64,000 nt of DNA, taken from assembly GCA_903909555.1 (NCBI GenBank), contig CAIVWG010000083.1, forward strand, positions 900-64,899, in the 5' to 3' direction. The notes beneath the pieces are model-generated. The model did not search any database. It was not told where the DNA came from and saw only the letters and a list, made by a program, of their open reading frames with translations. Below are positions 34,509-45,357 of the stretch, piece by piece. The translations under genes were made by a program, and so were the position numbers. Origin of the DNA: an uncultured bacterium (GTDB taxonomy: Bacteria; Actinomycetota; Actinomycetes; S36-B12). The number at the start of each line of letters is the position of its first letter. The stretch's first letter is position 1.

Positions 34509-35990
34509 ATGGCCGAGGCAACCGGGCGACAGCTCACCGGGTGGGATGCGGCCACGTGGCGTACGGCCGCCGGGGACCCCTCTCTCCGGTCGACCGTGGT
34601 GGCCCTCGTGCTGCTCGACCACGCCCCGTCGTGGAAGCGCCTGCGCGCGCGGGTCAATCGGCTGACCTGCATGGTCCCCGTACTGCGGCAGCGTCCCATC
34701 CGCGGGCTGTTCGGCGTGGCCTCCCCGCGACTGGCCACCGACCCCGACTTCGACCTCGACCTGCACCTGCGGCGCATGCGGCTGCCGGGACGTGGCTCGT
34801 GGTCGGCGCTCATGGACGAGGCTCGACGCCTCAGCCTCACCGACTTCGACCGTGATCGGCCCCTCTGGGAGATGGTCCTGGTGGAGGGGCTGCCCGGGAA
34901 GCGGGCCGCGCTCCTGCTCAAGCTGCATCACTCCATCGCCGACGGCCAGGCGACGGTCCTCATCGGCCTGTCGCTGTTCGAACTCGGTCCCCAGCCCAAT
35001 CCCGACGAGCCCCCTGCGCCCGAGCCGCCTGTCGCGGAGGACTCCTCGCAGCAGGACGTGAGCCTCGCGGACATCTCCGACAACGTGCGCCGCGGCCTTG
35101 CCGCCGCGGAGCGCATCGTGGAGGTGGCGGCCGACCTCGTGCGCGGCACCGTGACCGATCCGGTGACGACGTGGTCGTCGGCCCTGGCCACCCTGGCCTC
35201 GGTCGGCCGCTTCGCGGCGGTCCCCGACGGCCCACTGTCGCCCCTGATGACGGAGCGCGGGACGACCTATCACTTCGGTGCCTTCGACCTGCCCTTCGCC
35301 GGCCTGCGGGCGGCGGCCAAGAGCCGCGATCGGAGCGTCAACGATGCGTTCATGGCGGCCGTGGGACTCGGCCTCGAGCGCTACCACGTGCGTCACGGCA
35401 CCCTGGCCGACGACCTGAGGTTCAACGTGCCCATCAGCCTGCGTGGCGACCCGGGCGATCGCTCCGCGCAGGCCTCCAATGCCGTGACGATCGCGCGCTT
35501 CACCCTCCCGGTCGCGGGCCTCACGGTCGACGAGCGGATGGAGGCGGCGCATGCGCGGGTCGAGTCCTGGCGTCGCGAGCCCGCGCTGCGACTGGCGGAT
35601 CCGCTCGCCGAGGTCAGCTGGCTGGTGCCCCTGCCGGTGCTCGCGCAGGCCGCGCGTGCCAGTGACGTGACGACGTCGAACGTCCCCGGTCCGCCCATTC
35701 CGCTCTACCTCGCCGGCGCGCGCATCGTGGGGATGTACCCCCTCGTCGCCACGATCGGGGCCGCCGTCAACGTCACGATGGTGACCTACGACGGATCGGC
35801 GTTCGTCGGAGTCTCCGCGGACGACCGAGCCGTGCCCGACCTGCACGACCTGCTCGAGGACCTGCGCTCCGGGTTCGCCACGGTCACCGACGTGCCCGTA
35901 GGGCCGGCCGACCCCCTGCCCAAGCCCGCCCAAGGCGACGGCACGCCGAAGGCGCGCGCGGTCCGCGCCGAGGGCGCTTCGGGGGACTAG
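34509..35990 (+). CDS. Wax ester synthase/diacylglycerol acyltransferase (WS/DGAT) family protein
   Basis: 493 aa. Active-site motif [10 protein letters not shown], a conserved PLW motif region ([15 protein letters not shown]) and C-terminal NVPGP. Confidence 0.8.
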   Translation: MAEATGRQLTGWDAATWRTAAGDPSLRSTVVALVLLDHAPSWKRLRARVNRLTCMVPVLRQRPIRGLFGVASPRLATDPDFDLDLHLRRMRLPGRGSWSALMDEARRLSLTDFDRDRPLWEMVLVEGLPGKRAALLLKLHHSIADGQATVLIGLSLFELGPQPNPDEPPAPEPPVAEDSSQQDVSLADISDNVRRGLAAAERIVEVAADLVRGTVTDPVTTWSSALATLASVGRFAAVPDGPLSPLMTERGTTYHFGAFDLPFAGLRAAAKSRDRSVNDAFMAAVGLGLERYHVRHGTLADDLRFNVPISLRGDPGDRSAQASNAVTIARFTLPVAGLTVDERMEAAHARVESWRREPALRLADPLAEVSWLVPLPVLAQAARASDVTTSNVPGPPIPLYLAGARIVGMYPLVATIGAAVNVTMVTYDGSAFVGVSADDRAVPDLHDLLEDLRSGFATVTDVPVGPADPLPKPAQGDGTPKARAVRAEGASGD

Positions 35991-36043
35991 CCTTCGCACA
36001 GGTGTTCGCATCGCTGGTCGGTGCCGTCTGTCCGGGAGGGCCC

Positions 36044-36571
36044 GTGCGCGTCATGGGGGTCGACCCTGGCCTCACCCGCTGCGGCGTCGGCGTGGTCGAG
36101 GGCGAGCCCGGTCGGGTCCTCAGGGTGCTGCACGTGTCCGTCGTGCGCACCGCGCCCGACCTGCCCCTCGAACAGCGGCTTGCGCGCCTCGACGAGACCC
36201 TGGCCGGCCTCATCGCCACGCATGAGCCCGAGGCCCTGGCGGTCGAGCGCGTCTTCAGCCAGCACAACCTGCGCACGGTGATGGGCACCGCCCAGGCGGG
36301 CGCCGTGGCCATCCTCGCGGCCGGGCGGCATGGTCTGCCCGTCTGCCTGCGCACGCCGTCGGAGGTCAAGGCGGCGGTCACGGGCAACGGCCGCGCGGAC
36401 AAGGCGCAGGTCACCGCCATGGTGACCCGTCTGCTCGGACTGCCCGGCCCGGTCCGACCCCCGGACGCCGCGGACGCGCTCGCCCTGGCGATCACCGAGA
36501 TCTGGCGCGGCGGGGCCGAGCGCAGGCGCGAGGCGGCGCTGGCCCGTGTCGCCCCCGGAGCCGCCGGATGA
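36044..36571 (+). CDS. ruvC: Crossover junction endodeoxyribonuclease RuvC
   Basis: In-frame GTG at 36044 with upstream GGGAGGG. The sequence reads [18 protein letters not shown]... with ...AVERVF... and [12 protein letters not shown]. The track ORF starts earlier, at 36002. Confidence 0.9.
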   Translation: MRVMGVDPGLTRCGVGVVEGEPGRVLRVLHVSVVRTAPDLPLEQRLARLDETLAGLIATHEPEALAVERVFSQHNLRTVMGTAQAGAVAILAAGRHGLPVCLRTPSEVKAAVTGNGRADKAQVTAMVTRLLGLPGPVRPPDAADALALAITEIWRGGAERRREAALARVAPGAAG

Positions 36572-37158
36572 TCGCCTCCCTGCGGGGCGTCGTGTCGGTC
36601 GCCCGGGATTCCGCGGTGGTGGTCGAGGTCGGGGGAGTCGGCATCGTGGCGCACTGCACCCCCGACACCGCGCGTGGGCTGCGCGGCGGCGAGCCCATCA
36701 CGCTCCACACCACCCTCGTGGTGCGCGAGGACTCCCTCACCCTGTACGGGTTCCTCGACGCCGACCAGAGGGACGTATTCGAGGCCGTTCAGACGGTATC
36801 GGGAGTCGGGCCGCGGATTGCCCTCGCGGCGCTGTCGACGCTCAGTCCCGACGACCTGCGCCGAGCGATCTCGCGCGGGGACATCGCGCGGCTGACGACC
36901 GTGCCCGGCATCGGGCGCAAGGGTGCCGAGCGGATGGTCCTCGAACTCCGCGACCGCCTCGCGCCCGCGTCGGCCGAAGCCCCGGAGGGCCGTGAGGCGT
37001 GGCGTGACGACGTGCGGTCAGGCCTGGAGTCGCTCGGCTGGTCCTCGCGCGAGGCGGACGCCGCGATCGCGGCGGTCGAGCCCTGGGCTCGAGAGCAGTC
37101 GGACCCGGACGTGGCCGTGCTGCTCAAGGCCGCGCTGCAGACGCTGGATCGCGGATGA
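36568..37158 (+). CDS. ruvA: Holliday junction branch migration complex subunit RuvA
   Basis: 196 aa. The sequence reads MIASLRG.V......VVVEVGGVG......E.FE.L..VSGVGPR.ALA.LS and includes the HhH motif [15 protein letters not shown]. Confidence 0.9.
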   Translation: MIASLRGVVSVARDSAVVVEVGGVGIVAHCTPDTARGLRGGEPITLHTTLVVREDSLTLYGFLDADQRDVFEAVQTVSGVGPRIALAALSTLSPDDLRRAISRGDIARLTTVPGIGRKGAERMVLELRDRLAPASAEAPEGREAWRDDVRSGLESLGWSSREADAAIAAVEPWAREQSDPDVAVLLKAALQTLDRG

Positions 37159-38246
37159 GCCGGGAGAGCCCATCGGACGACCCGAGCCGCGATGACGCCG
37201 AGCGGCTCGTTGCGGCCGAGGCGGATCTCGACGATCGCGTGGTCGAGGGTGCCCTGCGTCCGGAGCGCCTCGATGAGTTCATCGGCCAGGAACGCGTGCG
37301 CGCCCAATTGGGACTGGTCCTCGAGGCGGCGCGCCGGCGTGGGGGCACCGCGGACCACGTCCTGCTGTCGGGCCCCCCGGGGCTCGGCAAGACGACGCTC
37401 GCGACGATCATCGCGCGCGAGCTCGACGCCCCGCTGAGGATCACCAGCGGACCGGCGGTCCAGCACGCGGGCGATCTCGCGGCGATCCTGTCGAGCCTGC
37501 AGCCGGGGGAGGTGCTCTTCCTCGACGAGATCCATCGCACGGCGCGGCCGGCCGAGGAGATGCTGTACCTCGCGATGGAGGACTTCCGGGTGGACGTGGT
37601 GATCGGGAAAGGCCCCGGAGCCACGGCGGTGCCCCTCGAGCTCCCGCCCTTCACGCTGGTGGCGGCCACCACGCGGGCCGGGCTGCTCCCGGGGCCGCTG
37701 CGCGATCGATTCGGGTTCACCGCCCACCTCGACTTCTACGACCCGGAGGATCTCCTCGCGATCATCGATCGCTCTGCTCACATCATCGGGGTGTCGGTGG
37801 ACCGGCCCGGCGCGGAGGAGATCGCGCGCCGCTCGCGCGGCACGCCCCGCATCGCCAACCGGCTCCTCCGTCGTGTGCGCGACTACGCGCAGGTTCACGG
37901 TGACGGTCGTCTCGACCTCGCCACGGCGCGCGCCGCCCTGGACCTGTACGAGGTCGACGTCCTCGGGCTGGACCGCCTGGATCGCTCCGTGCTCGAGGCG
38001 ATCGTCGTGCGCTTCGGAGGCGGTCCGGTGGGCCTCTCCACCCTCGCCGTGGCCGTGGGCGAGGAGACGGAAACGGTGGAATCGGTGGCCGAGCCCTTCC
38101 TCGTGCGCTGCGGCCTGCTCGTGCGCACCCCCCGGGGCCGCGTGGCCACGCCCGCCGCGTGGGCCCACCTCGGCCTCGTGCCGCCGTCCGCGCTCGCGCC
38201 AGGGGGCCAGGCGCCCTTGGATTTCGGGTCCGGCGACTCGAAGTGA
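37155..38246 (+). CDS. ruvB: Holliday junction branch migration DNA helicase RuvB
   Basis: 363 aa. Motifs present are [13 protein letters not shown], Walker [12 protein letters not shown], Walker B LFLDEIHR and [15 protein letters not shown]. Confidence 0.95.
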   Translation: MSRESPSDDPSRDDAERLVAAEADLDDRVVEGALRPERLDEFIGQERVRAQLGLVLEAARRRGGTADHVLLSGPPGLGKTTLATIIARELDAPLRITSGPAVQHAGDLAAILSSLQPGEVLFLDEIHRTARPAEEMLYLAMEDFRVDVVIGKGPGATAVPLELPPFTLVAATTRAGLLPGPLRDRFGFTAHLDFYDPEDLLAIIDRSAHIIGVSVDRPGAEEIARRSRGTPRIANRLLRRVRDYAQVHGDGRLDLATARAALDLYEVDVLGLDRLDRSVLEAIVVRFGGGPVGLSTLAVAVGEETETVESVAEPFLVRCGLLVRTPRGRVATPAAWAHLGLVPPSALAPGGQAPLDFGSGDSK

Positions 38247-38320
38247 GGTCCCGGGGCCGAGCCGGATAGGCTCAGTGCTCGTTGCGCCGGGGGAAGCCCG
38301 GGGTCGCCTGAGGAGGTGCG

Positions 38321-38644
38321 GTGGAGAGCCTGACCACGCTGTTGCCCATCCTGCTCATCGGCGTCGTGTTCTACCTCCTCATCATGCGGCCCGCCCGCAA
38401 CCGGCAGAAGCGCCAGCAGGAGATGCTGTCCGCGGTGCAGCCGGGCGCCCGGATCATGACGACCGCCGGGGTCTACGGGACCGTCGTCGAGGTCGAGGAT
38501 GAGGACATGTCCGTGGAGATCGCCCCGGGGGTCACCGTTCGGATGGTGAAGGCGGCCATCGGACGGGTGCTCACCGAGCCGGAGTCCCCGGAACTCGAGG
38601 CAGGGCCTTCGACCTCCCCGAGCAAGCCCGACGATCCCTCCTGA
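38321..38644 (+). CDS. yajC: Preprotein translocase subunit YajC
   Basis: 107 aa, GTG start. LLPILLIGVVFYLLIMRPARNRQKRQQEM...G..I.T..G..G.V is the YajC signature. Confidence 0.85.
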   Translation: MESLTTLLPILLIGVVFYLLIMRPARNRQKRQQEMLSAVQPGARIMTTAGVYGTVVEVEDEDMSVEIAPGVTVRMVKAAIGRVLTEPESPELEAGPSTSPSKPDDPS

Positions 38645-38674
38645 TCCACCGACACCCCTGACCAGAGGACTACC

Positions 38675-40453
38675 GTGCCGCCGTCCACGCCCAGCAGTCG
38701 CACCGGAGTGACTGCCCGCCCCGGTCGACTGCTCATCATCATGGGTGTGATCTTCGCGCTCCTGGCCGCCTGGGCCTTCTGGCCGGGCGGCGACAACCGC
38801 GTGCGCCTGGGGCTCGACCTGCGGGGCGGCACCCAGGTCATCCTGCAGCCCCGGGCGGTGCAGGAGGGCACGACGATCACCGACGCGCAGCTCGCCCAGA
38901 CCGTGGAGATCATCCGCCAGCGCGTCGACGGGGTGGGCGTCGCGGAGAGCGAGGTCACGGTCCAAGGCTCCGGGGAAGGCGCCGCGATCGTCGTGTCCGT
39001 GCCCGACGTGAGCCAGGAGCGACTCGTCGAGCTCGTGGGGCGCACAGCCCTGCTGGACTTCCGGCCGGTCTGGTCCCTCGCGCCGCCCGCGTCGACCACG
39101 GTGGAGCCTCCGCTGGACGACACCGCGGCCTCGCAGGACATCGCGGTCGGCGACGACACCGCGCCCGCCGACGGCGCAGCCGCGGACGCGTCCGACGACA
39201 CCGCGGCGGCCGGCGGGGCCTCGGCCAGCGCGGACGACACGGCGCCGAAGACCAGTGCCGCCATCGTCCAGTCCCCGGAGAACGACCCCGCCTTCACGGA
39301 GAAGGTGGCCGCGCTGGACTGCCTCGACCCCGTGAACCAGGCTGGCGGCACGCCGGACGATCCCCAGCAGTGGCTGGGGACCTGCGATCAGGACGGGCTG
39401 GCGAAGTACACCCTCGAGCCGGCGTTCATCCAGGGCACCAACGTCACCGGCGCGGTCGCCCAGCTCCCGCAGCAGGGGGTCGGGGGCTGGGTCGTGAGCC
39501 TCACCTTCGACGGGGAGGGCGCGTCCGCCCTCTCCCAGGCCTCGCAGGAGCTCTACTCCCTGCCCGAGTGCAGCCCCGGGGGACCCAGTCCCTGCAACGC
39601 CTTCGCGATCGTGCTGGACGGCGTCGTGGTGTCAGCCCCCCGGTTCAACGAGCCGATCCTGGGCGGGCAGGCCCAGATCGAGGGGCAGTTCACGGCACAG
39701 GAGGCGCAGGACCTCGCCAACATCCTCAGCTACGGCGCCCTGCCCGTGACGCTGGACGTCGTCGAGGTCACCAGCATCTCGCCGACCGTGGGCAGCGACC
39801 AGCTGCGAGCGGGCCTCATCGCCGGTGCGATCGGCTTCCTGCTCATCGTGGTCTTCCTCCTCGTCTACTACCGCGCCCTGGGGATCGTGGCCGTCCTCAG
39901 CCTCCTGCTCGCGGCGGCGATGATCTACTTCCTCTTCGTCGCGCTGGGCAAGACGATCGGCTTCACCCTGACACTGGCAGGCGTCGCTGGCGCCATCGTG
40001 TCAATCGGCATCACCGCGGACTCCTTCATCATCTACTTCGAGCGCATCCGTGACGCCCTGCGCGAGGGCAAGTCCATGCGCCAGGCGGCGGAGTCCGGAT
40101 GGCTCCTCGCGCGGCGCACGATCCTCGCGGCGGACTTCGTCACGCTCCTCGGCGCCATCGTGCTCTACATCATCTCCGTGGGCAACGTCCGTGGATTCGC
40201 GTTCACCCTCGGGCTCACGATGGCCGTGGACATCATCGTGGCCTTCCTGTTCTCCTACCCCCTCACGGTCCTGTTCTGCCGCTCGGCGTGGATGCAGAAG
40301 GGAACCTGGCTGGGTGGCTTGCGGGTAGGCGTCCGCTCGTCCGACAGCGTGGGGAAGCGCAAGGGCAAGGGCCGCGACGACGGCGGGGGAGACGACGACG
40401 GGCCGGAAGGCTCCGAACGTGCCGAGACCGAGACCGCGGAGGTGGAGTCCTGA
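38675..40453 (+). CDS. secD: Protein translocase subunit SecD
   Basis: 592 aa. LGLDLRGGTQVILQ near the N-terminus, a periplasmic domain with an acidic DDTA-repeat insertion, a 6-TM C-terminal SecD/SecF core and a charged tail. Confidence 0.9.
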   Translation: MPPSTPSSRTGVTARPGRLLIIMGVIFALLAAWAFWPGGDNRVRLGLDLRGGTQVILQPRAVQEGTTITDAQLAQTVEIIRQRVDGVGVAESEVTVQGSGEGAAIVVSVPDVSQERLVELVGRTALLDFRPVWSLAPPASTTVEPPLDDTAASQDIAVGDDTAPADGAAADASDDTAAAGGASASADDTAPKTSAAIVQSPENDPAFTEKVAALDCLDPVNQAGGTPDDPQQWLGTCDQDGLAKYTLEPAFIQGTNVTGAVAQLPQQGVGGWVVSLTFDGEGASALSQASQELYSLPECSPGGPSPCNAFAIVLDGVVVSAPRFNEPILGGQAQIEGQFTAQEAQDLANILSYGALPVTLDVVEVTSISPTVGSDQLRAGLIAGAIGFLLIVVFLLVYYRALGIVAVLSLLLAAAMIYFLFVALGKTIGFTLTLAGVAGAIVSIGITADSFIIYFERIRDALREGKSMRQAAESGWLLARRTILAADFVTLLGAIVLYIISVGNVRGFAFTLGLTMAVDIIVAFLFSYPLTVLFCRSAWMQKGTWLGGLRVGVRSSDSVGKRKGKGRDDGGGDDDGPEGSERAETETAEVES

Positions 40454-41544
40454 TGGCCAGGATGACGTGGGGCGATCGCCTCTACACCGGCCAGTCCGGC
40501 ATCAACTTCGTCGGCCGGGCACGGCTGTGGTTCTCCATCTCGGCCGTGCTGCTCCTCATCTCGATCGGGGCCCTGGTCTTCCGAGGTCTCAACCTCGGGA
40601 TCGAGTTCACCGGCGGCGCCGTGTTCGCCGTCCCCCAGGCCACCTGCTCGGTCCCCGATGCGCGCTCGGCAACGGAGGGGGTGACGGAGGGCGGAGTCAT
40701 CGTCACGGAGACGGGCGCCGGCATCGTGCGGGTTCAGACCGAGCCGCTCACCCCGGTGCAGACCCAGGAGGTCATCGACGTCCTCGCGCAGACGTGCAAC
40801 GTCCGCGCTGAGGCGATCACCTCGCAGGTCGTCGGGCCGACCTGGGGCGCCGAGATCACGAGCAAGGGCATCCAGGCCCTGGTCGTCTTCCTCATACTCG
40901 TGACGCTGTTCCTGTCGATCTACTTCGAGTGGCGATTTGCGGTTGCCGCGCTTGCCGCGCTCGCGCACGACATCATCATCACCGTCGGGATCTACGCCCT
41001 CACCGGTCTCCCGGTGACTCCCGCCACGCTCATCGGATTCCTCACCATCCTCGGCTACTCGCTCTACGACACGGTGGTGGTCTTCGACAAGATCCGCGAG
41101 GACACCAAGGGCATCACCGGCCAGTCGGTGCTCAGTTACGCCGAAGTCGCCAACCGTTCGGTCAACCAGGTCCTCGTCAGGTCGATCAATACCTCGATCA
41201 CCTCGCTGCTCCCCGTCCTGGCGATCATCATCGTCGGCGCCGGGCTGCTGGGCGCCGGCACGCTGCTGGACCTGGCCGTCGCCCTCGCGGTGGGCATGTT
41301 CATCGGCGTGTACTCATCGCTCTTCGTCGCGACGCCCCTGGCCGTCATCCTCAAGTCTCGCCAGGAGGACATCAGGGCCCTGGATCGTCGGGTGTCCTCA
41401 AGGCGGGCCGGGCAGGCTCGCCGAGGGGACGACGACACCGCTGCCGGAGAGACCGCGTCGGTCGCGGCCGCCGCCCCCGGCAGTGCCGCGGGCACGCGCG
41501 CGCAGCCGAAGCGGCAACCGCGGTCGAAGCGGGGCAAGAAGTAG
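40453..41544 (+). CDS. secF: Protein translocase subunit SecF
   Basis: In-frame ATG at 40453 overlapping the secD TGA by 1 nt. The sequence reads FVGRARLWFSISAVLLLISIG.L..RGLNLGIEFTGG, followed by the SecF TM core. Confidence 0.9.
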   Translation: MARMTWGDRLYTGQSGINFVGRARLWFSISAVLLLISIGALVFRGLNLGIEFTGGAVFAVPQATCSVPDARSATEGVTEGGVIVTETGAGIVRVQTEPLTPVQTQEVIDVLAQTCNVRAEAITSQVVGPTWGAEITSKGIQALVVFLILVTLFLSIYFEWRFAVAALAALAHDIIITVGIYALTGLPVTPATLIGFLTILGYSLYDTVVVFDKIREDTKGITGQSVLSYAEVANRSVNQVLVRSINTSITSLLPVLAIIIVGAGLLGAGTLLDLAVALAVGMFIGVYSSLFVATPLAVILKSRQEDIRALDRRVSSRRAGQARRGDDDTAAGETASVAAAAPGSAAGTRAQPKRQPRSKRGKK

Positions 41545-41603
41545 CGCGGCAGGCGCACATCGCACCGGGACGGTGGCCCGTACACTGGCCCCGGAGGTGA
41601 GTC

Positions 41604-43877
41604 GTGGTCCAGGAGGCAACGTTTCCCCGCGACCCAGTCGCGGTCGATGCCTCCGGTGGGCTGCGGTCCAGGATCGCCCGCCTCGCGGGCTCGCGTAGCG
41701 CCACCCCGGAGCTCGAGCCCCTTCTCAAGACCCTCCGCCAGTTCCATCCCCGGTCCGATGTGCGGCTCCTGCAGCGCGCCTACGAGACCGCGGCCTACCT
41801 CCACCGCGATCAGAAGCGGCGGTCCGGCGACCCCTACATCACCCACCCTCTCGCGGTCGCCACCATCCTGGCCGAACTGGGGATGACGGCCCCGACCCTC
41901 GCTGCGGCGCTGCTCCACGACACCGTCGAGGACACCGGATACTCCCTCGAGGAGCTCCGGGAGGACTTCGGCGACGAGGTGGCAGCGCTGGTCGACGGCG
42001 TCACCAAGCTCGACCGGGTGAAGTACGGCCAAGCATCGGCGGCGGAGACCGTGCGCAAGATGGTCGTCGCCATGGCCCGGGATATCAGGGTGCTCGTCAT
42101 CAAGCTGGCCGACCGACTCCACAACATGCGCACCCTGTCCTTCATGCCCCCGGAGAAGCAGGAGAAGAAGGCGCGGGAGACCCTGGAGATCTACGCCCCG
42201 CTCGCCCACCGGCTCGGCATGAACACCATGAAGTGGGAACTCGAGGACCTGTCCTTCGCCACGCTGTACCCCAAGATGTACGAGGAGATCGAGCGACTCG
42301 TCGGCCAGCGGGCGCCCTCGCGGGACCAGTACCTCACGCGAGTCATCTCCGACATCGAGTCCGACCTGCGCGGCGCCAAGCTCAAGGCATCGGTGACCGG
42401 CCGCCCCAAGCACTACTACTCCGTGTACCAGAAGATGATCGTGCGCGGGCGCGACTTCTCCGACATCTACGACCTCGTGGGGGTCCGCATCCTCGTCGAG
42501 TCGGTGCGCGACTGCTACGCCGTCCTCGGTGTCATCCACTCGCGGTGGAGTCCGGTGCCCGGGCGGTTCAAGGACTTCATCGCCATGCCCAAGTTCAACA
42601 TGTACCAGTCGCTGCACACGACCGTCATCGGCCCGGAGGGCAAGCCGGTCGAACTCCAGATCCGGACCTGGGACATGCATCGCTCCGCGGAGTTCGGGGT
42701 AGCCGCGCACTGGAGGTACAAGCAGGCCGAGGTGGGAGGCAAGCGGGGCCCCGATGACTTCGGGTGGCTGCGCCAACTGCTCGAGTGGCAGCGCGAGACC
42801 GAGGATCCCGACGAGTTCCTGGATTCCCTGCGGTACGACCTCGGGTCCACCGAGGTGTTCGTCTTCACCCCCAAGGGTGACGTGATCGCCCTTCCGGCCG
42901 GCGCGACGCCGGTCGATTTCGCCTACAGCGTCCACACCGAGGTCGGGCATCGCTGCGTCGGCGCCCGCGTGAACGGCAAGCTCGTGCCCCTCGAGTCACC
43001 CCTCGAGAACGGCGACGTGATCGAGATCTTCACGTCCAAGGCCGAGGGTGCCGGCCCCAGTCGCGACTGGCTCGGCTTCGTGCAGTCCCCGCGGGCGCGC
43101 AGCAAGATCAAGGCGTGGTTCTCGAAGGAGAGGCGCGAGGAGGCCATCGAGGCCGGCAAGCTCTCCATCGTGCGGGCCATGCGCAAGGAGGGCCTCCCGC
43201 TCCAGCGGCTCATGACCAACCAGGCCTTGAGCACGATTGCCGCCGAGCTGCACCAGGCGGACGTGTCCGCTCTCTACGCGGCCGTGGGCGATGGCCGCAT
43301 CTCGGCCACGAGCATCGTCAAGCGGCTCGTCGCCGCGGCGGGCGGCGTGGACGGTGCAGCGGACGACGTTGCCGAGGCGGTGACGCCGACCCGGGCGCCG
43401 CGCACGGCGCCGGGCACCGACCCCGGAGTGATCGTCAAGGGCGTCACGGACGTGTGGGTCAAGCTCGCGAAGTGCTGCACGCCGGTCCCGGGTGACGAGA
43501 TCGTCGGCTTCGTGACGCGCGGGTCGGGCGTCTCCGTCCATCGTCGGTCGTGCAGCAACGTGCCGGGCCTGCTGGGGTCGGAGGGCGACGGCGCGCCCGG
43601 CCAGCGCTTCGTGGATGTCGCCTGGGCGCCCACGGCGTCGAGCGTCTTCCTCGTCAACATCCAGGTCGAGGCGCTGGACCGCTCGCGGTTGCTGTCCGAT
43701 GTGACCCGGGCGCTCTCAGACCAGCACGTCAACATCCTCAGTGCGTCCGTGACGACCACGCGCGACCGGATTGCCCTGTCGCGATTCACGTTCGAGATGG
43801 CGGATCCCCTGCACCTGGGGTCGGTCCTCAAGTCCGTGAGGGCGGTCGAGGGCGTCTTCGACGCCTACCGCGTGTGA
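41604..43877 (+). CDS. relA: Bifunctional (p)ppGpp synthetase/hydrolase Rel
   Basis: 757 aa. HD hydrolase motif HPLAVA...LLHDTVEDT, synthetase motif YYSVYQKM...DL.G.RI and RDCY..LG.IH, plus TGS and ACT domains. Confidence 0.95.
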   Translation: MVQEATFPRDPVAVDASGGLRSRIARLAGSRSATPELEPLLKTLRQFHPRSDVRLLQRAYETAAYLHRDQKRRSGDPYITHPLAVATILAELGMTAPTLAAALLHDTVEDTGYSLEELREDFGDEVAALVDGVTKLDRVKYGQASAAETVRKMVVAMARDIRVLVIKLADRLHNMRTLSFMPPEKQEKKARETLEIYAPLAHRLGMNTMKWELEDLSFATLYPKMYEEIERLVGQRAPSRDQYLTRVISDIESDLRGAKLKASVTGRPKHYYSVYQKMIVRGRDFSDIYDLVGVRILVESVRDCYAVLGVIHSRWSPVPGRFKDFIAMPKFNMYQSLHTTVIGPEGKPVELQIRTWDMHRSAEFGVAAHWRYKQAEVGGKRGPDDFGWLRQLLEWQRETEDPDEFLDSLRYDLGSTEVFVFTPKGDVIALPAGATPVDFAYSVHTEVGHRCVGARVNGKLVPLESPLENGDVIEIFTSKAEGAGPSRDWLGFVQSPRARSKIKAWFSKERREEAIEAGKLSIVRAMRKEGLPLQRLMTNQALSTIAAELHQADVSALYAAVGDGRISATSIVKRLVAAAGGVDGAADDVAEAVTPTRAPRTAPGTDPGVIVKGVTDVWVKLAKCCTPVPGDEIVGFVTRGSGVSVHRRSCSNVPGLLGSEGDGAPGQRFVDVAWAPTASSVFLVNIQVEALDRSRLLSDVTRALSDQHVNILSASVTTTRDRIALSRFTFEMADPLHLGSVLKSVRAVEGVFDAYRV

Positions 43878-43881
43878 GGCC

Positions 43882-45348
43882 TTAGGCCAGGTCGGACAGG
43901 GTGCCCTCTGCGGCCTCGAGAAGGGCACGCGTGGATTCCAGGGTCTGCTCTGCCTTCGCGAGAGCGACGTAGTCTCCGCGCTCGCGCGCCGAGTCCACAT
44001 CGTCCTGCGCCCGATCGAGCGCAGCGCGGAACTTCGCGGCCGTCTCCTCGGCTCGGGCTCGCACCTCCGGGTTGGCCGATCCCCATCGCTGCTGGTCGGC
44101 GGCACGCAGGGCGTCCTCGACCCGCTTGAGTCGTCCCTCGACACGCTCCCGGTCGGCGCGGGGTACCGGACCCACGGCATCCCACCGGTCCTGCAGGGAG
44201 CGCATGGCCCGCTTGGCGGATGCCAGGTCGGTCACCGGCAGCAGCGCCTCGGCCTCGGTGGCCAGCGCCTGCTTGAGTTCCAGGTTCGCCTTCATCTCCC
44301 CGTCGCGCTCGGCATTGGCAGCGTCGCGCGCGCGGAAGAAGGCGTCCTGCGCCTCGCGGAACCGGGCCCACAGCCTCTCCTCCTCGGCACGGCCCGCGTG
44401 CCCGGCCGACTTCCAGCGATCCATGAGCTGACGGAAGGCCCGGGACGTTCCGGCCCAGTCCGTGGAGGAGGACAAGGTCGTGGCTTCGGCGATGAGGGCC
44501 TCCTTCGCCGCCACGGCCTCCTTGCGCTGGACGTCCATCTGCGCGAAGTGCTGACGCCGACGGCGATCGAACTGCGCGCGCGCCGCGCTGAATCGTCGCC
44601 ACAGTTGCTGCTCGGTGGCGCGGTCTACGTGGGCAGCGGTCTTCCACTCCTCGAGGATCGCGGCGTAGCGCTCTCCGGTCGACTTCCACGCGGTCGATCC
44701 CTGAAGCGACTCCGCCTCGGCCACGAGTTCCTCGCGGCGGCGCAAGGCCTCCTCGCGCTGCCGGACCCGAGCGGCCTCACGTTCGGCACGGTGGTCCGCC
44801 ATGAGCCGCTCCACCTCGGCGCAGGCGTCCCGCAGCTGCATGACGTCCCCGATGAACTGAGGTGCGACGAGCGCGGCCTGGGCGTGTTCGACGGCCGCTC
44901 GCGCCTGCTCGAGTCGTCCGCGCCCCTCGCGCAGGCGGTACGCCGCCAGGTCCACCTCGACGAGGATGTCGTCGTACTTGCGCCCGAAGAAGGCCAGGCC
45001 TTCCGCCACGGTGCCGGCGGCCCAGTTGCCGACCACGACGTCGCCTTCGGGAGTGCGCAGCCACACGGTGCCGGACTCGTCGATGCGCCCGAAGCGCGTG
45101 GGATCGGTGATGCGCGGCGCGGGGACCGCGGCGGGGCGACGGCCCCCGGGCGCGGGGCGCGGGCGCAACCCACCGGGGGTCGGAGCCGGCGGTGCCGTCA
45201 ACTGAGCCGGCGCGGGTCGGCTCTCGATGATGCCGAATGCCGAGACACCGGCCACCACGGCCACGGGCTCCTGCGACGCAGGCCGCGGGCCTCCGTCTCG
45301 GCTGTCCTCGCTCATCCGACTCCCTCGCTCTGGGGGCGATCCTGCCAC
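43882..45348 (-). CDS. DUF349 domain-containing protein
   Basis: 488 aa. It contains repeated about 70-aa helical units with the W(K/R)..G......E..LW.RF......F pattern (e.g. EEWKTAAHVDRATEQQLWRRFSAARAQF and MDRWKSAGHAGRAEEERLWARFREAQDAF). The start may be the internal ATG (MSEDSR). Confidence 0.75.
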   Translation of the reverse strand: MAGSPPERGSRMSEDSRDGGPRPASQEPVAVVAGVSAFGIIESRPAPAQLTAPPAPTPGGLRPRPAPGGRRPAAVPAPRITDPTRFGRIDESGTVWLRTPEGDVVVGNWAAGTVAEGLAFFGRKYDDILVEVDLAAYRLREGRGRLEQARAAVEHAQAALVAPQFIGDVMQLRDACAEVERLMADHRAEREAARVRQREEALRRREELVAEAESLQGSTAWKSTGERYAAILEEWKTAAHVDRATEQQLWRRFSAARAQFDRRRRQHFAQMDVQRKEAVAAKEALIAEATTLSSSTDWAGTSRAFRQLMDRWKSAGHAGRAEEERLWARFREAQDAFFRARDAANAERDGEMKANLELKQALATEAEALLPVTDLASAKRAMRSLQDRWDAVGPVPRADRERVEGRLKRVEDALRAADQQRWGSANPEVRARAEETAAKFRAALDRAQDDVDSARERGDYVALAKAEQTLESTRALLEAAEGTLSDLA

Positions 45349-45357
45349 CCTCGCGGC

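Noticed and set aside
41545-41603. Absence of apt between secF and rel, where mycobacteria, corynebacteria and streptomycetes carry it
   Set aside because: This is a real synteny difference, since only 59 nt separate the genes. It is a simple lineage-specific gene-order change with no remnant or pseudogene visible.
43875-43888. Palindrome GGCCTTAGGCC spanning the 4-nt gap between the convergent rel and DUF349 stop codons, as a bidirectional terminator
   Set aside because: The stem is only 4 bp with a 3-nt loop, which is too weak to be meaningful. It is probably a coincidence of two stop codons in GC-rich context.
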